IMG/VR virus record: IMGVR_UViG_3300020576_004942
From: a virus
DNA: 48,623 bases
Reading direction: 5' to 3' (one strand)
Shown here: positions 8,732 through 17,280 of the stretch, piece after piece
Layout of the letters: each line of letters starts with the position of its first letter
Numbering within the stretch: position 1 is the stretch's first letter
The notes under the pieces: generated by a model
Database searches by the model: none
What the model was told of the DNA's origin: nothing
What the model saw: only the letters and a program-made list of their open reading frames with translations
Program-made: the position numbers and the translations under genes

Positions 8732-9877
8732 ATGAGCAAATTAGCCATATCCCAAACTCCAACTACCATCACGGTCGTTGATCAAACCACCGCAAAGGTT
8801 TACACCATCACCAATTCTCAACCCAACTGGAGTAAAGTTGTGGAAGCTATTCGTGAGGAAGATAATGACGATGAAATTCTTCAAACCATTTCAGTCAAGG
8901 CTGCCGTCGAAAACTTTTCGCCCAACGGTTCCATTACCGTTTTTGGTAACGATGTCAAATACAAGGGCTTCGCTTTGGCAGGTCTGGATGTCGATCATTT
9001 GCTGGAAGCAATTCGCACCGGCAACAAGCGCCAGGCCAAGGCCCTGACCTCATTCCTGGAAAACAAGCAGGCCAACCCCTCCTATAAGGCCGTGGGTATG
9101 ATGTATAAGTTCCGCCAGGACAAGGGAATGCCCTTGACTGACGACGGACACTTCCTGGCCTACAAAGGCGTGCTCAAGGATTATTGGTCGCGCAATGCCA
9201 ATAAAACCACCATTGTCCTTCACGGCCAGACCAATGAAAATGGTCAAATCCTCAATCGTATTGGCGATTATATTGAAGTTGACCGCAAGTGCGTCGAAGA
9301 TGATCCCGCCAAATCCTGTGGTCCTGGTCTCCACGCTGGTTCGCTGGAATACGCAACTGGCTGGGGTGAACGGGTCATCATCGTCAAAATCCATCCGAAG
9401 GATGTCGTCAGTGTTCCGGATCACGAAGACAATAAGATGCGTGTCTGTGCGTATACCGTTGTCGGTGAGTGTGAAGGACGCATGAGCGAACACTTCGCCA
9501 AGGAATTGGACAATGATGTTGAATCGGAACCGGAGGGTGAATCCGAAGTATATTGTTCGGAGTGTGAGGAACTTGTTGATCCCGACGCCGAATTCTGCGA
9601 TAATTGTGGCGCTGAAGTTATTCCGGATGATGCGGACTCCGACCACGAATGTGAATGTGGTCACTCCACTTGTAAATCAGTGGTTGATGCGCCAGAGAAG
9701 GCCACTTTTAACAGCAAATATCATTACGACACCGGCTATCAGCGTGGTGTCCGGGAAGGTACATCCAAGGTCGCACGTCGGTATTACGAAGGCGACGAAT
9801 TGAAGCACACCAACGGGACGGCTGATTACATTTCCGGTTACAATGCCGGTTACAAATCCGCTCGTTACGGAAAATAA
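8732..9877 (+). CDS. acidic protein with C-terminal Cys-rich zinc-ribbon; possible rIIB-like partner
   Basis: 381 aa with CSECEEL...CDNCG and CECGHSTC motifs. The rIIB assignment rests on position only. Confidence 0.45.
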   Translation: MSKLAISQTPTTITVVDQTTAKVYTITNSQPNWSKVVEAIREEDNDDEILQTISVKAAVENFSPNGSITVFGNDVKYKGFALAGLDVDHLLEAIRTGNKRQAKALTSFLENKQANPSYKAVGMMYKFRQDKGMPLTDDGHFLAYKGVLKDYWSRNANKTTIVLHGQTNENGQILNRIGDYIEVDRKCVEDDPAKSCGPGLHAGSLEYATGWGERVIIVKIHPKDVVSVPDHEDNKMRVCAYTVVGECEGRMSEHFAKELDNDVESEPEGESEVYCSECEELVDPDAEFCDNCGAEVIPDDADSDHECECGHSTCKSVVDAPEKATFNSKYHYDTGYQRGVREGTSKVARRYYEGDELKHTNGTADYISGYNAGYKSARYGK

Positions 9878-9942
9878 TTTCTCCACTAAACACAAAATAG
9901 CGTTCTAGCGTTCCCGCTATATGTAGGAGAATCGGGGAGTGG

Positions 9943-10449
9943 ATGACCTTTAACGGAAGTCCACTCCTTTTTATTACAATGAATAATCTACTTGTTAAAT
10001 TTAACGGCGAACAGACGCCGGCTTTTTTAAAACGAATTGCCGGGCGGAAGGTTTGTGACGTTACCCGGCATAAGTTTATGAAAACGATGCCGATGTTGGA
10101 AACAAAAATGCCATTTGTTCAATGGCGTGGGACGACTGAAACTGAATTTTTTGCCGTGACTTTTTACGGGGGAATTGTTACATTGGACATTAATGAACGG
10201 GAATTGTTATTGGGGCGGGAAGAAAATGTTTTAGTGGTCGCCGTGGTTAAAAGTCTAGTGGCGCTAAACAAAGCGTCCAAGACCAAAGACCAATTCACGA
10301 AAAAACTCCAACTAAACATTGAATATATCAATGCGCAATACTTGAAAGACGTTGAAACCCTAACCTTCAAGGATATAATGCGTATCGTTAAATGGAAATT
10401 CGTATCCCGTAAAGTAAAAGAGAATGACTTCGGGTTTGAAGATCAATAA
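9943..10449 (+). CDS. hypothetical protein
   Basis: 168-aa ORF. Confidence 0.45.
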   Translation: MTFNGSPLLFITMNNLLVKFNGEQTPAFLKRIAGRKVCDVTRHKFMKTMPMLETKMPFVQWRGTTETEFFAVTFYGGIVTLDINERELLLGREENVLVVAVVKSLVALNKASKTKDQFTKKLQLNIEYINAQYLKDVETLTFKDIMRIVKWKFVSRKVKENDFGFEDQ

Positions 10450-10455
10450 GACACT

Positions 10456-11511
10456 ATGAGTACAGCTTCAATTCAAAAAATTTATAACATTCAGAAACAC
10501 CCCAATGCCGATTCATTGTCCGTCGCCAAGGTATTGGGTTGGCAGGTGGTATTTAACCACACGCAACACACCTACAAAGAAAACGATCTGGTCGTGTATG
10601 TGGAAATCGACTCTCTCTTGCCCGACAAGCCTGAGTTTGAATTCTTACGTAAACTCAACTTCCGAATCAAGGCAGTCACATTGAGGGGCGTAGAAAGCGC
10701 AGGTATTATATTTCCGCTGACCATCCTTGGTACTCCGGTTTTACACCCAATGACTTTTGAGGCAGTGGGTTTTAATCAGAATAAAGACGAAGCGCTTAAA
10801 TTTGAAGGCCTTGGTCAAGATGTCTCTGAGTGCATCGGCGCATCCCATTATACAAAGCCGGTTCCGGTGGAAATGGCCGGTGAAGCCTATGGTGGTCTCC
10901 CCGGTTTTCTGAAGATGACTGATGAAAAAAATTTACGTAGTTTTCCTGATACAATTAAAGCTCTAAAAGAGCAACCTTATTACATAACCCGAAAAGACGA
11001 TGGCACTAGCGCCACCTATTTCATCAATAATGGTGAGTTTGGCGTTTGTAGCCGCAATGTCCATCTCAAACCCAGTATTACCAATTTATTCTGGCGCCTG
11101 GCCGAAAAATATCAAATTGAAAAAGCGTTGCGGGAATTTTTCCCCAATCGTGATGTGGCTATTCAAGGCGAAATTGTTGGGCCGAACATCAATGGCAACC
11201 ATCTGGGTCTGAAAGAAGCCGAGCTTCACATTTTTAATGTGTGGTATATCAATGAACGGATGTATGGGAATATGGATTGCCTGTTAGATTTTTCCATCGC
11301 CACTAAAATTCCATTGGTGGAAACCCTTGAACTGGGCACCGCATTCAAATATGACTTGGACCAATTGATCCAAGTTGCCAACAAGCAAAAATATCCGAAT
11401 GCGTCTCCCGCTGAAGGGATTGTGATTCGTTCACAAAATCCCCTCCCCTGTTTACTCTTGGGCGGTTGGTGGTCAGGCAAGATAATCAATGAGAATTGGA
11501 AGGAAGAATGA
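10456..11511 (+). CDS. ATP-dependent RNA ligase with N-terminal OB/tRNA-binding-like domain (Rnl5/DraRnl-like architecture)
   Basis: Nucleotidyltransferase motif I is ITRKDDGTS (KxDG) and motif IV is PAEGIVIRS (EGxV). The N-terminal IQKHPNADSLSVAKVLGW resembles the HPNADKL motif of the Myf/EMAPII tRNA-binding fold. Confidence 0.6.
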   Translation: MSTASIQKIYNIQKHPNADSLSVAKVLGWQVVFNHTQHTYKENDLVVYVEIDSLLPDKPEFEFLRKLNFRIKAVTLRGVESAGIIFPLTILGTPVLHPMTFEAVGFNQNKDEALKFEGLGQDVSECIGASHYTKPVPVEMAGEAYGGLPGFLKMTDEKNLRSFPDTIKALKEQPYYITRKDDGTSATYFINNGEFGVCSRNVHLKPSITNLFWRLAEKYQIEKALREFFPNRDVAIQGEIVGPNINGNHLGLKEAELHIFNVWYINERMYGNMDCLLDFSIATKIPLVETLELGTAFKYDLDQLIQVANKQKYPNASPAEGIVIRSQNPLPCLLLGGWWSGKIINENWKEE

Positions 11512-11894
11512 AACACTATAATATTTTTCTTGATGACGAGCGTATGCCAATTGATGCGCCGATTGAATTGCCGCCATTGGTTTGGACTATAATCCGTTCC
11601 TATGACGAATTTACTAAAACGATAACTAACAATGGTTTACCACAAGTCATATCGTTTGATCACGATATGGACGTAACCGCATACCAGGAATATCATCGTA
11701 TGTGGCAAGGTGACCGGGTTATCAATTACTCCAATATAAAAGAAAAAACGGGCTATCATTGCGCACAATGGTTGGTTGAGTATTGTCGAAAGCATAAACA
11801 ACCGTTACCCGCTTATTACATTCATTCCTACAATGACATTGGACGTGAGAACATTGCGAAAATTCTTCAGATATACGAACACCAAACCTTATGA
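11508..11894 (+). CDS. hypothetical protein (FLDDER / ISFDHDMD motifs)
   Basis: ATG at 11508 has an AGGAAG SD and overlaps the ligase stop (ATGA). Confidence 0.45.
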   Translation: MKHYNIFLDDERMPIDAPIELPPLVWTIIRSYDEFTKTITNNGLPQVISFDHDMDVTAYQEYHRMWQGDRVINYSNIKEKTGYHCAQWLVEYCRKHKQPLPAYYIHSYNDIGRENIAKILQIYEHQTL

Positions 11895-11907
11895 TGAGTG
11901 ATTAAAA

Positions 11908-12090
11908 ATGAAAATAAATAGAAAAAAATTGTACAGGTTGTACATGACGGAAGTCTCCGAAATTGCGGAACAATGTGATTGGAAAACTGCTTTCGGGCCG
12001 GAAGAAATTGTTGCGATGATTGCGACAATTCTTGAAGAACATCCAGAGTTATATGAAGCCCTACCGAAAAAGAATTCAAGTTCCCGTTGA
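11908..12090 (+). CDS. hypothetical small protein
   Basis: 60-aa ORF. Its 3' end overlaps the next ORF in another frame. Confidence 0.3.
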   Translation: MKINRKKLYRLYMTEVSEIAEQCDWKTAFGPEEIVAMIATILEEHPELYEALPKKNSSSR

Positions 12091-12451
12091 CCCGATTCTG
12101 ATAAATGTAGACGGGCAATTGTTACCCGAAGCCAGGCTTCAGAATTTTTACACCAAATCCGGAACCTTGGTAGCTAAGGCCTATCGCCGGGTGGTGATTG
12201 GTAAACGTGGGCCTTATATGGAATTTCATATCCAAGATATATCGTGGAGTGATTTTTATGTGCCGAAAGAAATGGAATATCGTTTGGAAAATAAAGTCGT
12301 ATATTACGATGAATGGCGTTCCATCGACCCCGCCAATGTAAAACTCTACTTTCAGAAAAGGACAGTGGCTTACGCGGATTATAAACCCAATATGTGTTAC
12401 ATATCTCCCTTTGACTTGTATACTGAAGCGATGACGCCGGTAATTTTATGA
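12053..12451 (+). CDS. hypothetical protein
   Basis: First ATG in frame is at 12053 (MKPYRKR..). The track ORF begins at an alternative start at 12020. Confidence 0.4.
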   Translation: MKPYRKRIQVPVDPILINVDGQLLPEARLQNFYTKSGTLVAKAYRRVVIGKRGPYMEFHIQDISWSDFYVPKEMEYRLENKVVYYDEWRSIDPANVKLYFQKRTVAYADYKPNMCYISPFDLYTEAMTPVIL

Positions 12452-12551
12452 GTAATGGTAAAGGTAAAGGCCCCGTTAAAGGTTACAATTGGAAAAAGTG
12501 GTTCAAAAACTACGATTCCATTTTTAAAAAATCTCGCAAAAGAAAATCGTC

Positions 12552-12580
12552 TTGACTTCTTTTAATTCGTAATGTACAAT
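12552..12580 (+). promoter_or_regulatory. sigma70-like promoter
   Basis: TTGACT (12552-57), 17 nt, TACAAT (12575-80). ATG follows at 12591. Confidence 0.5.
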
Positions 12581-12590
12581 GCCCTTCATA

Positions 12591-12896
12591 ATGAAGCCAG
12601 ACCAACCAGGAATATGGGAATGGTTCGATGAGGACGGTGCGAAGCGTCTTGTCGAAGTGTTCAATGTAATGGATAAATGCCCGAACGCGGCCCCATATCT
12701 GCGAGTTTATTGGTGGGGTGGTTATTACAATATCAATGATGAACACGACCCGGAAGCTCCGGAATACGATCATCATATGAAAGCCGAATGGCCAGATCGG
12801 TGGGGGTCCCGAATCGGAGATAATAATAGTTTACCGGAAAATCAGTTATACCTTATGCCCACTGAAGCGGAGTTGGTAAAAATCCGTGAAGAATAA
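12591..12896 (+). CDS. hypothetical protein
   Basis: The track ORF starts at 12579 inside the -10 box. The next ATG at 12591 (MKPDQPG) is the more plausible start. Confidence 0.45.
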   Translation: MKPDQPGIWEWFDEDGAKRLVEVFNVMDKCPNAAPYLRVYWWGGYYNINDEHDPEAPEYDHHMKAEWPDRWGSRIGDNNSLPENQLYLMPTEAELVKIREE

Positions 12897-12934
12897 GTTT
12901 CCCAAAACCAACCACAAAACAAAAACAAAATAGT

Positions 12935-13774
12935 ATGAATGAGTTAGAACTAAAACGCAAACGCATAGAAACCATCGTTAAGATCGCTGGGGTAATCGGA
13001 ATTACTCTGATTCTTGGCCCACTTTATCTTGTCATTTTACACGGGATCGGGGCATTATTCGCTCTTGCCATCGCCGGAGTGATTGGCGTAACCTTTGTTA
13101 ATTTCCTCCCGCTGTTTGCCGCTCAGCTTGCGGTGTGGAAACTGAAATCATTCAAAGCGTTAGCTGCCGCGAATCCGATTGAAATTTTTGAGAAGCGTTA
13201 TGCGGAGAAGAAAGAAATCCTGCTAAAGCAACGGGAAAACATCAAACAACGGATTGCCATCGCATCAAAGATTTATCAACAAATTGCCAGTTTTGAAACC
13301 CAATTCAACAAACCCTCACCCCGCCGCGACCAATATTCAAAATTGAACCAACTGGTCGAAGCTAGTAAAGCCAAGTATCAAACCGCTCAGATTGGTTTGG
13401 TGAATTATGGCAAACTCATTGAGGAAAAACGGGCGGATTGGGAAATTGCTCAGTCCGTCGCTGAAGGTAATAAATTGGCCAATGTCGGGGAAGATTTCCT
13501 CAGTCAATTAATGGAAGACACTGCCCTCAATACCATTCAGAACGGGCTCAATGTCGCATTTGCGGAATTGGACGCCGCAGTAATGGATGAAAATATCCAA
13601 AAAGTATTGAACGGTCAAGTCACGGTTAGTTCAAGTGCCCCCGTCATTGATACGCCCAAAACCAAGCAACTCTCCGCGCCCACCGACCTGGATTTTGATT
13701 TTGAAGGTCCAACGGATGCGGTTGAAGCAGAAGTTGTGCCAGTGAAGAAAAGTCGGGTCGCCTACGCTGAATAA
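12935..13774 (+). CDS. membrane protein with two N-terminal TM helices and long coiled-coil
   Basis: 279 aa. Hydrophobic segments run between residues 17-60, followed by a heptad-rich region. Confidence 0.5.
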   Translation: MNELELKRKRIETIVKIAGVIGITLILGPLYLVILHGIGALFALAIAGVIGVTFVNFLPLFAAQLAVWKLKSFKALAAANPIEIFEKRYAEKKEILLKQRENIKQRIAIASKIYQQIASFETQFNKPSPRRDQYSKLNQLVEASKAKYQTAQIGLVNYGKLIEEKRADWEIAQSVAEGNKLANVGEDFLSQLMEDTALNTIQNGLNVAFAELDAAVMDENIQKVLNGQVTVSSSAPVIDTPKTKQLSAPTDLDFDFEGPTDAVEAEVVPVKKSRVAYAE

Positions 13775-13789
13775 CCCATTAATAAATTT

Positions 13790-13915
13790 ATGAAATTTCG
13801 TATCATCGCAACCACAATTATAGTTGTAGTAGTTATCACTTTGGCCATTTTGTTCGCTCCACGGGCAACGAACATTGACGACGCTAGTGAGCCCACCATT
13901 GAACAGAACCAATAA
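13790..13915 (+). CDS. possible 41-aa single-pass membrane peptide
   Basis: MKFRIIATTIIVVVVITLAILFAP, read by eye, fills the gap between two genes. Confidence 0.3.
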   Translation: MKFRIIATTIIVVVVITLAILFAPRATNIDDASEPTIEQNQ

Positions 13916-13936
13916 TTAGTAATCGACAAACATAGT

Positions 13937-15019
13937 ATGAAAAACAAATCCCTAATCGTAATCGGTCTGACATGCCTTATGGCCCTGTCATCCCCGGCGC
14001 AAACCAACACTCCTCTTTTCATCAAGGGGAATATGAACATCAAATACAATACGCGACAATCGCCTCCTGGAACAAAAGGCATTCAAGATGAGTATGATAT
14101 CAATCTCAGCGTGGCGAACAGCATCTTGTTCCACGGTAAGATCACTGACCGGCCTCAGATTATTGACGGCTGGATCAACAAGACCGTGGTTCAACCCCGT
14201 TCGTTGAAATATGATGTGGCTTGTGACATTATGAATCCGAAGAACCCGGCCCAAGTCAAGAAGAATGTCAGTAAGTTGTCTGGGTTTGTTAACATCGCCT
14301 CTTCGGGAGAATATAACTATAGCGGCGGTCTGGGCTTCAATGTCTTGGATCGGCTGGCTGGCTCCGATAGTAAGTTCAGTGGGGTTGCCGCCGGAAAACC
14401 ACTCATTCGCCCTGCGAATTGGTTGGAAACACTCCAGCGCCAAACGGTAAACATTACACGCACGGTTAATGGTAAGACAATGACCGTCGCATTGAAGAAA
14501 TATGATAAGATGGAATTCCGTTCCTTAGTGCTCGCTGCGGGCCCTATTCCCCTTTACTCCGACGCGACGGTGAACGGAGAAATGTTGTATGATTATGACA
14601 AGAACACTTGGTTTTTCAATAACATAAACATCAATTATTCAACCACGGCGGCAAGCGGTGAGAATATAATTAAAAGCGACCGCATCACCGGAACAATCCG
14701 TTGGGTGGAAGATGAAAATCGTAAGGCGAATGGTAAGGGCGAATATCAGTTCGATGTCCGTGTCAATGAACCACTGACCAGTGAAAGCGCAGCTTTCGCC
14801 GCTGCGACTACGGCAGATGAGTCCGCGTTCTTTTCAAGTGATGTATCGGCTCCAGGCCTGTCGGGAACAATGAAGTATCAGGACACCCTAAAGGGCGAAA
14901 CCACCGTGGCTTCCGTCGTAACGATTGACCTTGTGGGAAATAACATTACCAAGCAGCAATTGATGATTCTCAATAAAATCATCATCTTCGTATCGGTCAT
15001 CCCGATGAACGCTGATTAA
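13937..15019 (+). CDS. secreted protein (signal peptide, cleavage region SSPAQTNT)
   Basis: 360 aa with MKNKSLIVIGLTCLMALSSPAQ. Confidence 0.55.
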   Translation: MKNKSLIVIGLTCLMALSSPAQTNTPLFIKGNMNIKYNTRQSPPGTKGIQDEYDINLSVANSILFHGKITDRPQIIDGWINKTVVQPRSLKYDVACDIMNPKNPAQVKKNVSKLSGFVNIASSGEYNYSGGLGFNVLDRLAGSDSKFSGVAAGKPLIRPANWLETLQRQTVNITRTVNGKTMTVALKKYDKMEFRSLVLAAGPIPLYSDATVNGEMLYDYDKNTWFFNNININYSTTAASGENIIKSDRITGTIRWVEDENRKANGKGEYQFDVRVNEPLTSESAAFAAATTADESAFFSSDVSAPGLSGTMKYQDTLKGETTVASVVTIDLVGNNITKQQLMILNKIIIFVSVIPMNAD

Positions 15020-15047
15020 TCCTGATTAACGATTTAATTAAAAACAT

Positions 15048-15584
15048 ATGACATCATTATTATCAACGGTATTAGCCTTTTTCGTGTTCCCCGCCGCGGG
15101 GTTCTTCCTTGGTCTTTTGGCGCTTTCGGTGGTTTACACCATCGCGACCGAAACCGATTCGCATGGCATTGCCATTTTCTCAACCGTTCTCGCGATTGCC
15201 CTGTATTGGGCGACTATTTCCGTCGCCGTGGCCGCATGGCATCTATTATTGATTGGGATTTTAGTATATCTAGTATTAGGCGGCGTTTGGTCGGTATATC
15301 GTTGGTTGAATTATTGTCGGAAGTTCATCCAAGAGCATCCTTATACTATCACCGTAGAAGAATATTCATCAGGTCGCCGGGTCTTACTGACGGAGGAACA
15401 ATATTACAAAAGTGAATTGCTACCTAGTAAAAATCGTTCCCGGCTCATCGGTTGGGTCGCATACTGGCCGTGGAGTTTGGTCTGGAACATCACCGGGGAT
15501 CTCTTGACCACGGTTTATAATCTGTTGGTTGACATCTATAAAAGAACCGCTGAGCGGGTCATCCGACAGAGTTTGCGTAATTAA
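15048..15584 (+). CDS. polytopic inner-membrane protein
   Basis: 178 aa with 3-4 hydrophobic helices. Confidence 0.5.
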   Translation: MTSLLSTVLAFFVFPAAGFFLGLLALSVVYTIATETDSHGIAIFSTVLAIALYWATISVAVAAWHLLLIGILVYLVLGGVWSVYRWLNYCRKFIQEHPYTITVEEYSSGRRVLLTEEQYYKSELLPSKNRSRLIGWVAYWPWSLVWNITGDLLTTVYNLLVDIYKRTAERVIRQSLRN

Positions 15585-15587
15585 AAT

Positions 15588-16112
15588 ATGAAAAAAACCA
15601 TACACACACTGGCGCTACTGACTTTGGTAGCGGCTACTAACGCCCAGACCAACACCCTTTCAATTACCAATGCGGAAGCAACGGGAAAAGAATATGGTGG
15701 TTATGAATTGACCTTCGGCGGCGGAGGTACTTCCATCAATGGGGCAAATGCCCTAGGATTGGATGTCTCCCTCTCTACCAATCCGTTCAAGGCCCGACCG
15801 GAGATTTGGCTTGGTCTGGCTCAAGGCCTGTATTGGGAACCAACCTTTGCGGGATCAACCGATCTATTTGTTGACTGGTCGCAGAACATTTGGAAAGAAA
15901 AGCTCTATCTGAATGTGGGTTGGAGTGGAGGCGCCGTTTATGATAATGCGGATTGTTCTCCGACCGTTTGGCGCACGGGACCTGAGGCCACCGTACAGTA
16001 TTACACTTCGGGTAACGCATTCATTTATGCGGGAGTGAACTATGATGTTTATCAGAGTGATAAGCAGGAAGGGAACTGGCGGTATTCCTTCGGCATCGGC
16101 TTCACCTTCTAA
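15588..16112 (+). CDS. outer-membrane beta-barrel protein (OmpX/OmpW-like small barrel)
   Basis: Signal peptide ending TNAQTNT, amphipathic beta-strand pattern, and a C-terminal ...SFGIGFTF ending in Phe. Confidence 0.5.
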   Translation: MKKTIHTLALLTLVAATNAQTNTLSITNAEATGKEYGGYELTFGGGGTSINGANALGLDVSLSTNPFKARPEIWLGLAQGLYWEPTFAGSTDLFVDWSQNIWKEKLYLNVGWSGGAVYDNADCSPTVWRTGPEATVQYYTSGNAFIYAGVNYDVYQSDKQEGNWRYSFGIGFTF

Positions 16113-16127
16113 ATAAGAATTAGATCA

Positions 16128-16159
16128 GGACCGGAGGTTAAACCCTCCGGTCTTTTTTT
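16128..16159 (+). terminator. rho-independent terminator
   Basis: GACCGGAGG (16129-37) pairs with CCTCCGGTC (16144-52), followed by T7. Confidence 0.7.
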
Positions 16160-16178
16160 ATGACAACAAAAGTTTTCG

Positions 16179-16206
16179 TTGACATCTCCCGTTTTTCTGA
16201 TATACT
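16179..16206 (+). promoter_or_regulatory. sigma70-like promoter followed by ~90-nt leader
   Basis: TTGACA (16179-84), 16 nt, TATACT (16201-06). Confidence 0.4.
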
Positions 16207-16297
16207 TATTCCTGTAACTGAGAAGTCTGTGATGCAAGATACGATTTCAAAGTGTTAGTCAACCTAAACCTTAGATACAAGATAAAGGCAAAAGTTT

Positions 16298-17257
16298 ATG
16301 AAAATTAAGAGTACCCCTCCCGCTGATGTGGGAATTATCGTCGGACGTTTTCAAGTTCCGGCCCTCCACGAAGCTCACGTCGAACTAATTCAAACCGTCG
16401 TTGACCGCCATAAAAAGGTCATTATGTTCCTGGGTCTTTCCCCCGTCAAGACGACCAAGAACAACCCTTTAGATTACCAGGCGCGCAAGCAAATGGTGCT
16501 GGACAAATTTCCCCATATCAACGTCCTGTACATCAAGGATCAGAAAGAAGATGATGTCTGGTCGAAGAATTTGGACAGTCAGATTACCGATTTAGTCGGC
16601 CCTAACCAAACCGTCGTGCTCTACGGCGGCCGGGACGCATTCATTCCCCACTACACCGGAAGATTTCCCACACTGGAACTGGAACCTAAACGGGTCGCGT
16701 CGGGCAGTGAAATTCGCAAAGAAGTAGGTAATGCCACCAAGGGCACTGCCGATTTCCGACGTGGCGTCATCTGGGCCGTGGAAAACCAATACCCCACTTT
16801 TCATCCGACCTGTGATGTTTGTATCATTAATACCGCCAAGAACGAAATCCTCCTTGGTAAGAAACCCGGCGAAAAGGAATATCGCTTCCCCGGCGGCTTT
16901 GCCGACCCGGAGGGTGACAAGTCGATGGAGCAAACCGTGCGGCGTGAAGTGATGGAAGAATGCCCCGGAATGGAAGTGTCGGACCCGCAATACATCGGCA
17001 GCGCAATGGTTGACGACTGGCGTTACAAGGATGAAGTCAACAAGATTATGACGATGTTTTATATGGTGGAAATGGTCTATGGTGCGCCCAAGGCCGGCGA
17101 CGATCTGGCCGAAGTCCGTTGGTTTAGTATCTGTGAATTGATTCGGGACGAAATCCCGTTGGTAAAAAATCACAGGATGCTCCGGGAGATGGTTTTGAAA
17201 AATAAACGCTTCGTCGAATTGACGAGCGGTTCGATTGTGGACGCGGATTCGGTCTAA
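16298..17257 (+). CDS. nadM: bifunctional NMN adenylyltransferase / Nudix ADP-ribose pyrophosphatase (NadM-Nudix, NatV-like)
   Basis: The N-terminal nucleotidyltransferase has VGIIVGRFQVPALHEAH. The C-terminal Nudix box is GGFADPEGDKSMEQTVRREVMEECPG. Confidence 0.7.
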   Translation: MKIKSTPPADVGIIVGRFQVPALHEAHVELIQTVVDRHKKVIMFLGLSPVKTTKNNPLDYQARKQMVLDKFPHINVLYIKDQKEDDVWSKNLDSQITDLVGPNQTVVLYGGRDAFIPHYTGRFPTLELEPKRVASGSEIRKEVGNATKGTADFRRGVIWAVENQYPTFHPTCDVCIINTAKNEILLGKKPGEKEYRFPGGFADPEGDKSMEQTVRREVMEECPGMEVSDPQYIGSAMVDDWRYKDEVNKIMTMFYMVEMVYGAPKAGDDLAEVRWFSICELIRDEIPLVKNHRMLREMVLKNKRFVELTSGSIVDADSV

Positions 17258-17280
17258 TCACTAATAGAAAGTAAAATAAA

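Noticed and set aside
9050-9664. 204-aa minus-strand ORF
   Set aside because: It lies entirely antisense inside the rIIB-like gene. It has no SD or promoter and a low-complexity composition, so it is a shadow ORF.
11908-12451. Programmed frameshift joining ORFs 11908..12090 and 12020..12451
   Set aside because: There is only a 38-70 nt overlap in different frames, with no slippery heptamer noticed. Two separate small genes, or a mis-called start, are simpler explanations.
13988-14443. 151-aa minus-strand ORF; likewise 17812..18228, 22041..22388, 25557..26039 and 28549..28941 on minus
   Set aside because: All are antisense to plus-strand genes that have recognisable domains or coherent operon context.
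16592-17173. 193-aa minus-strand ORF
   Set aside because: Antisense shadow of the well-supported nadM-Nudix gene.
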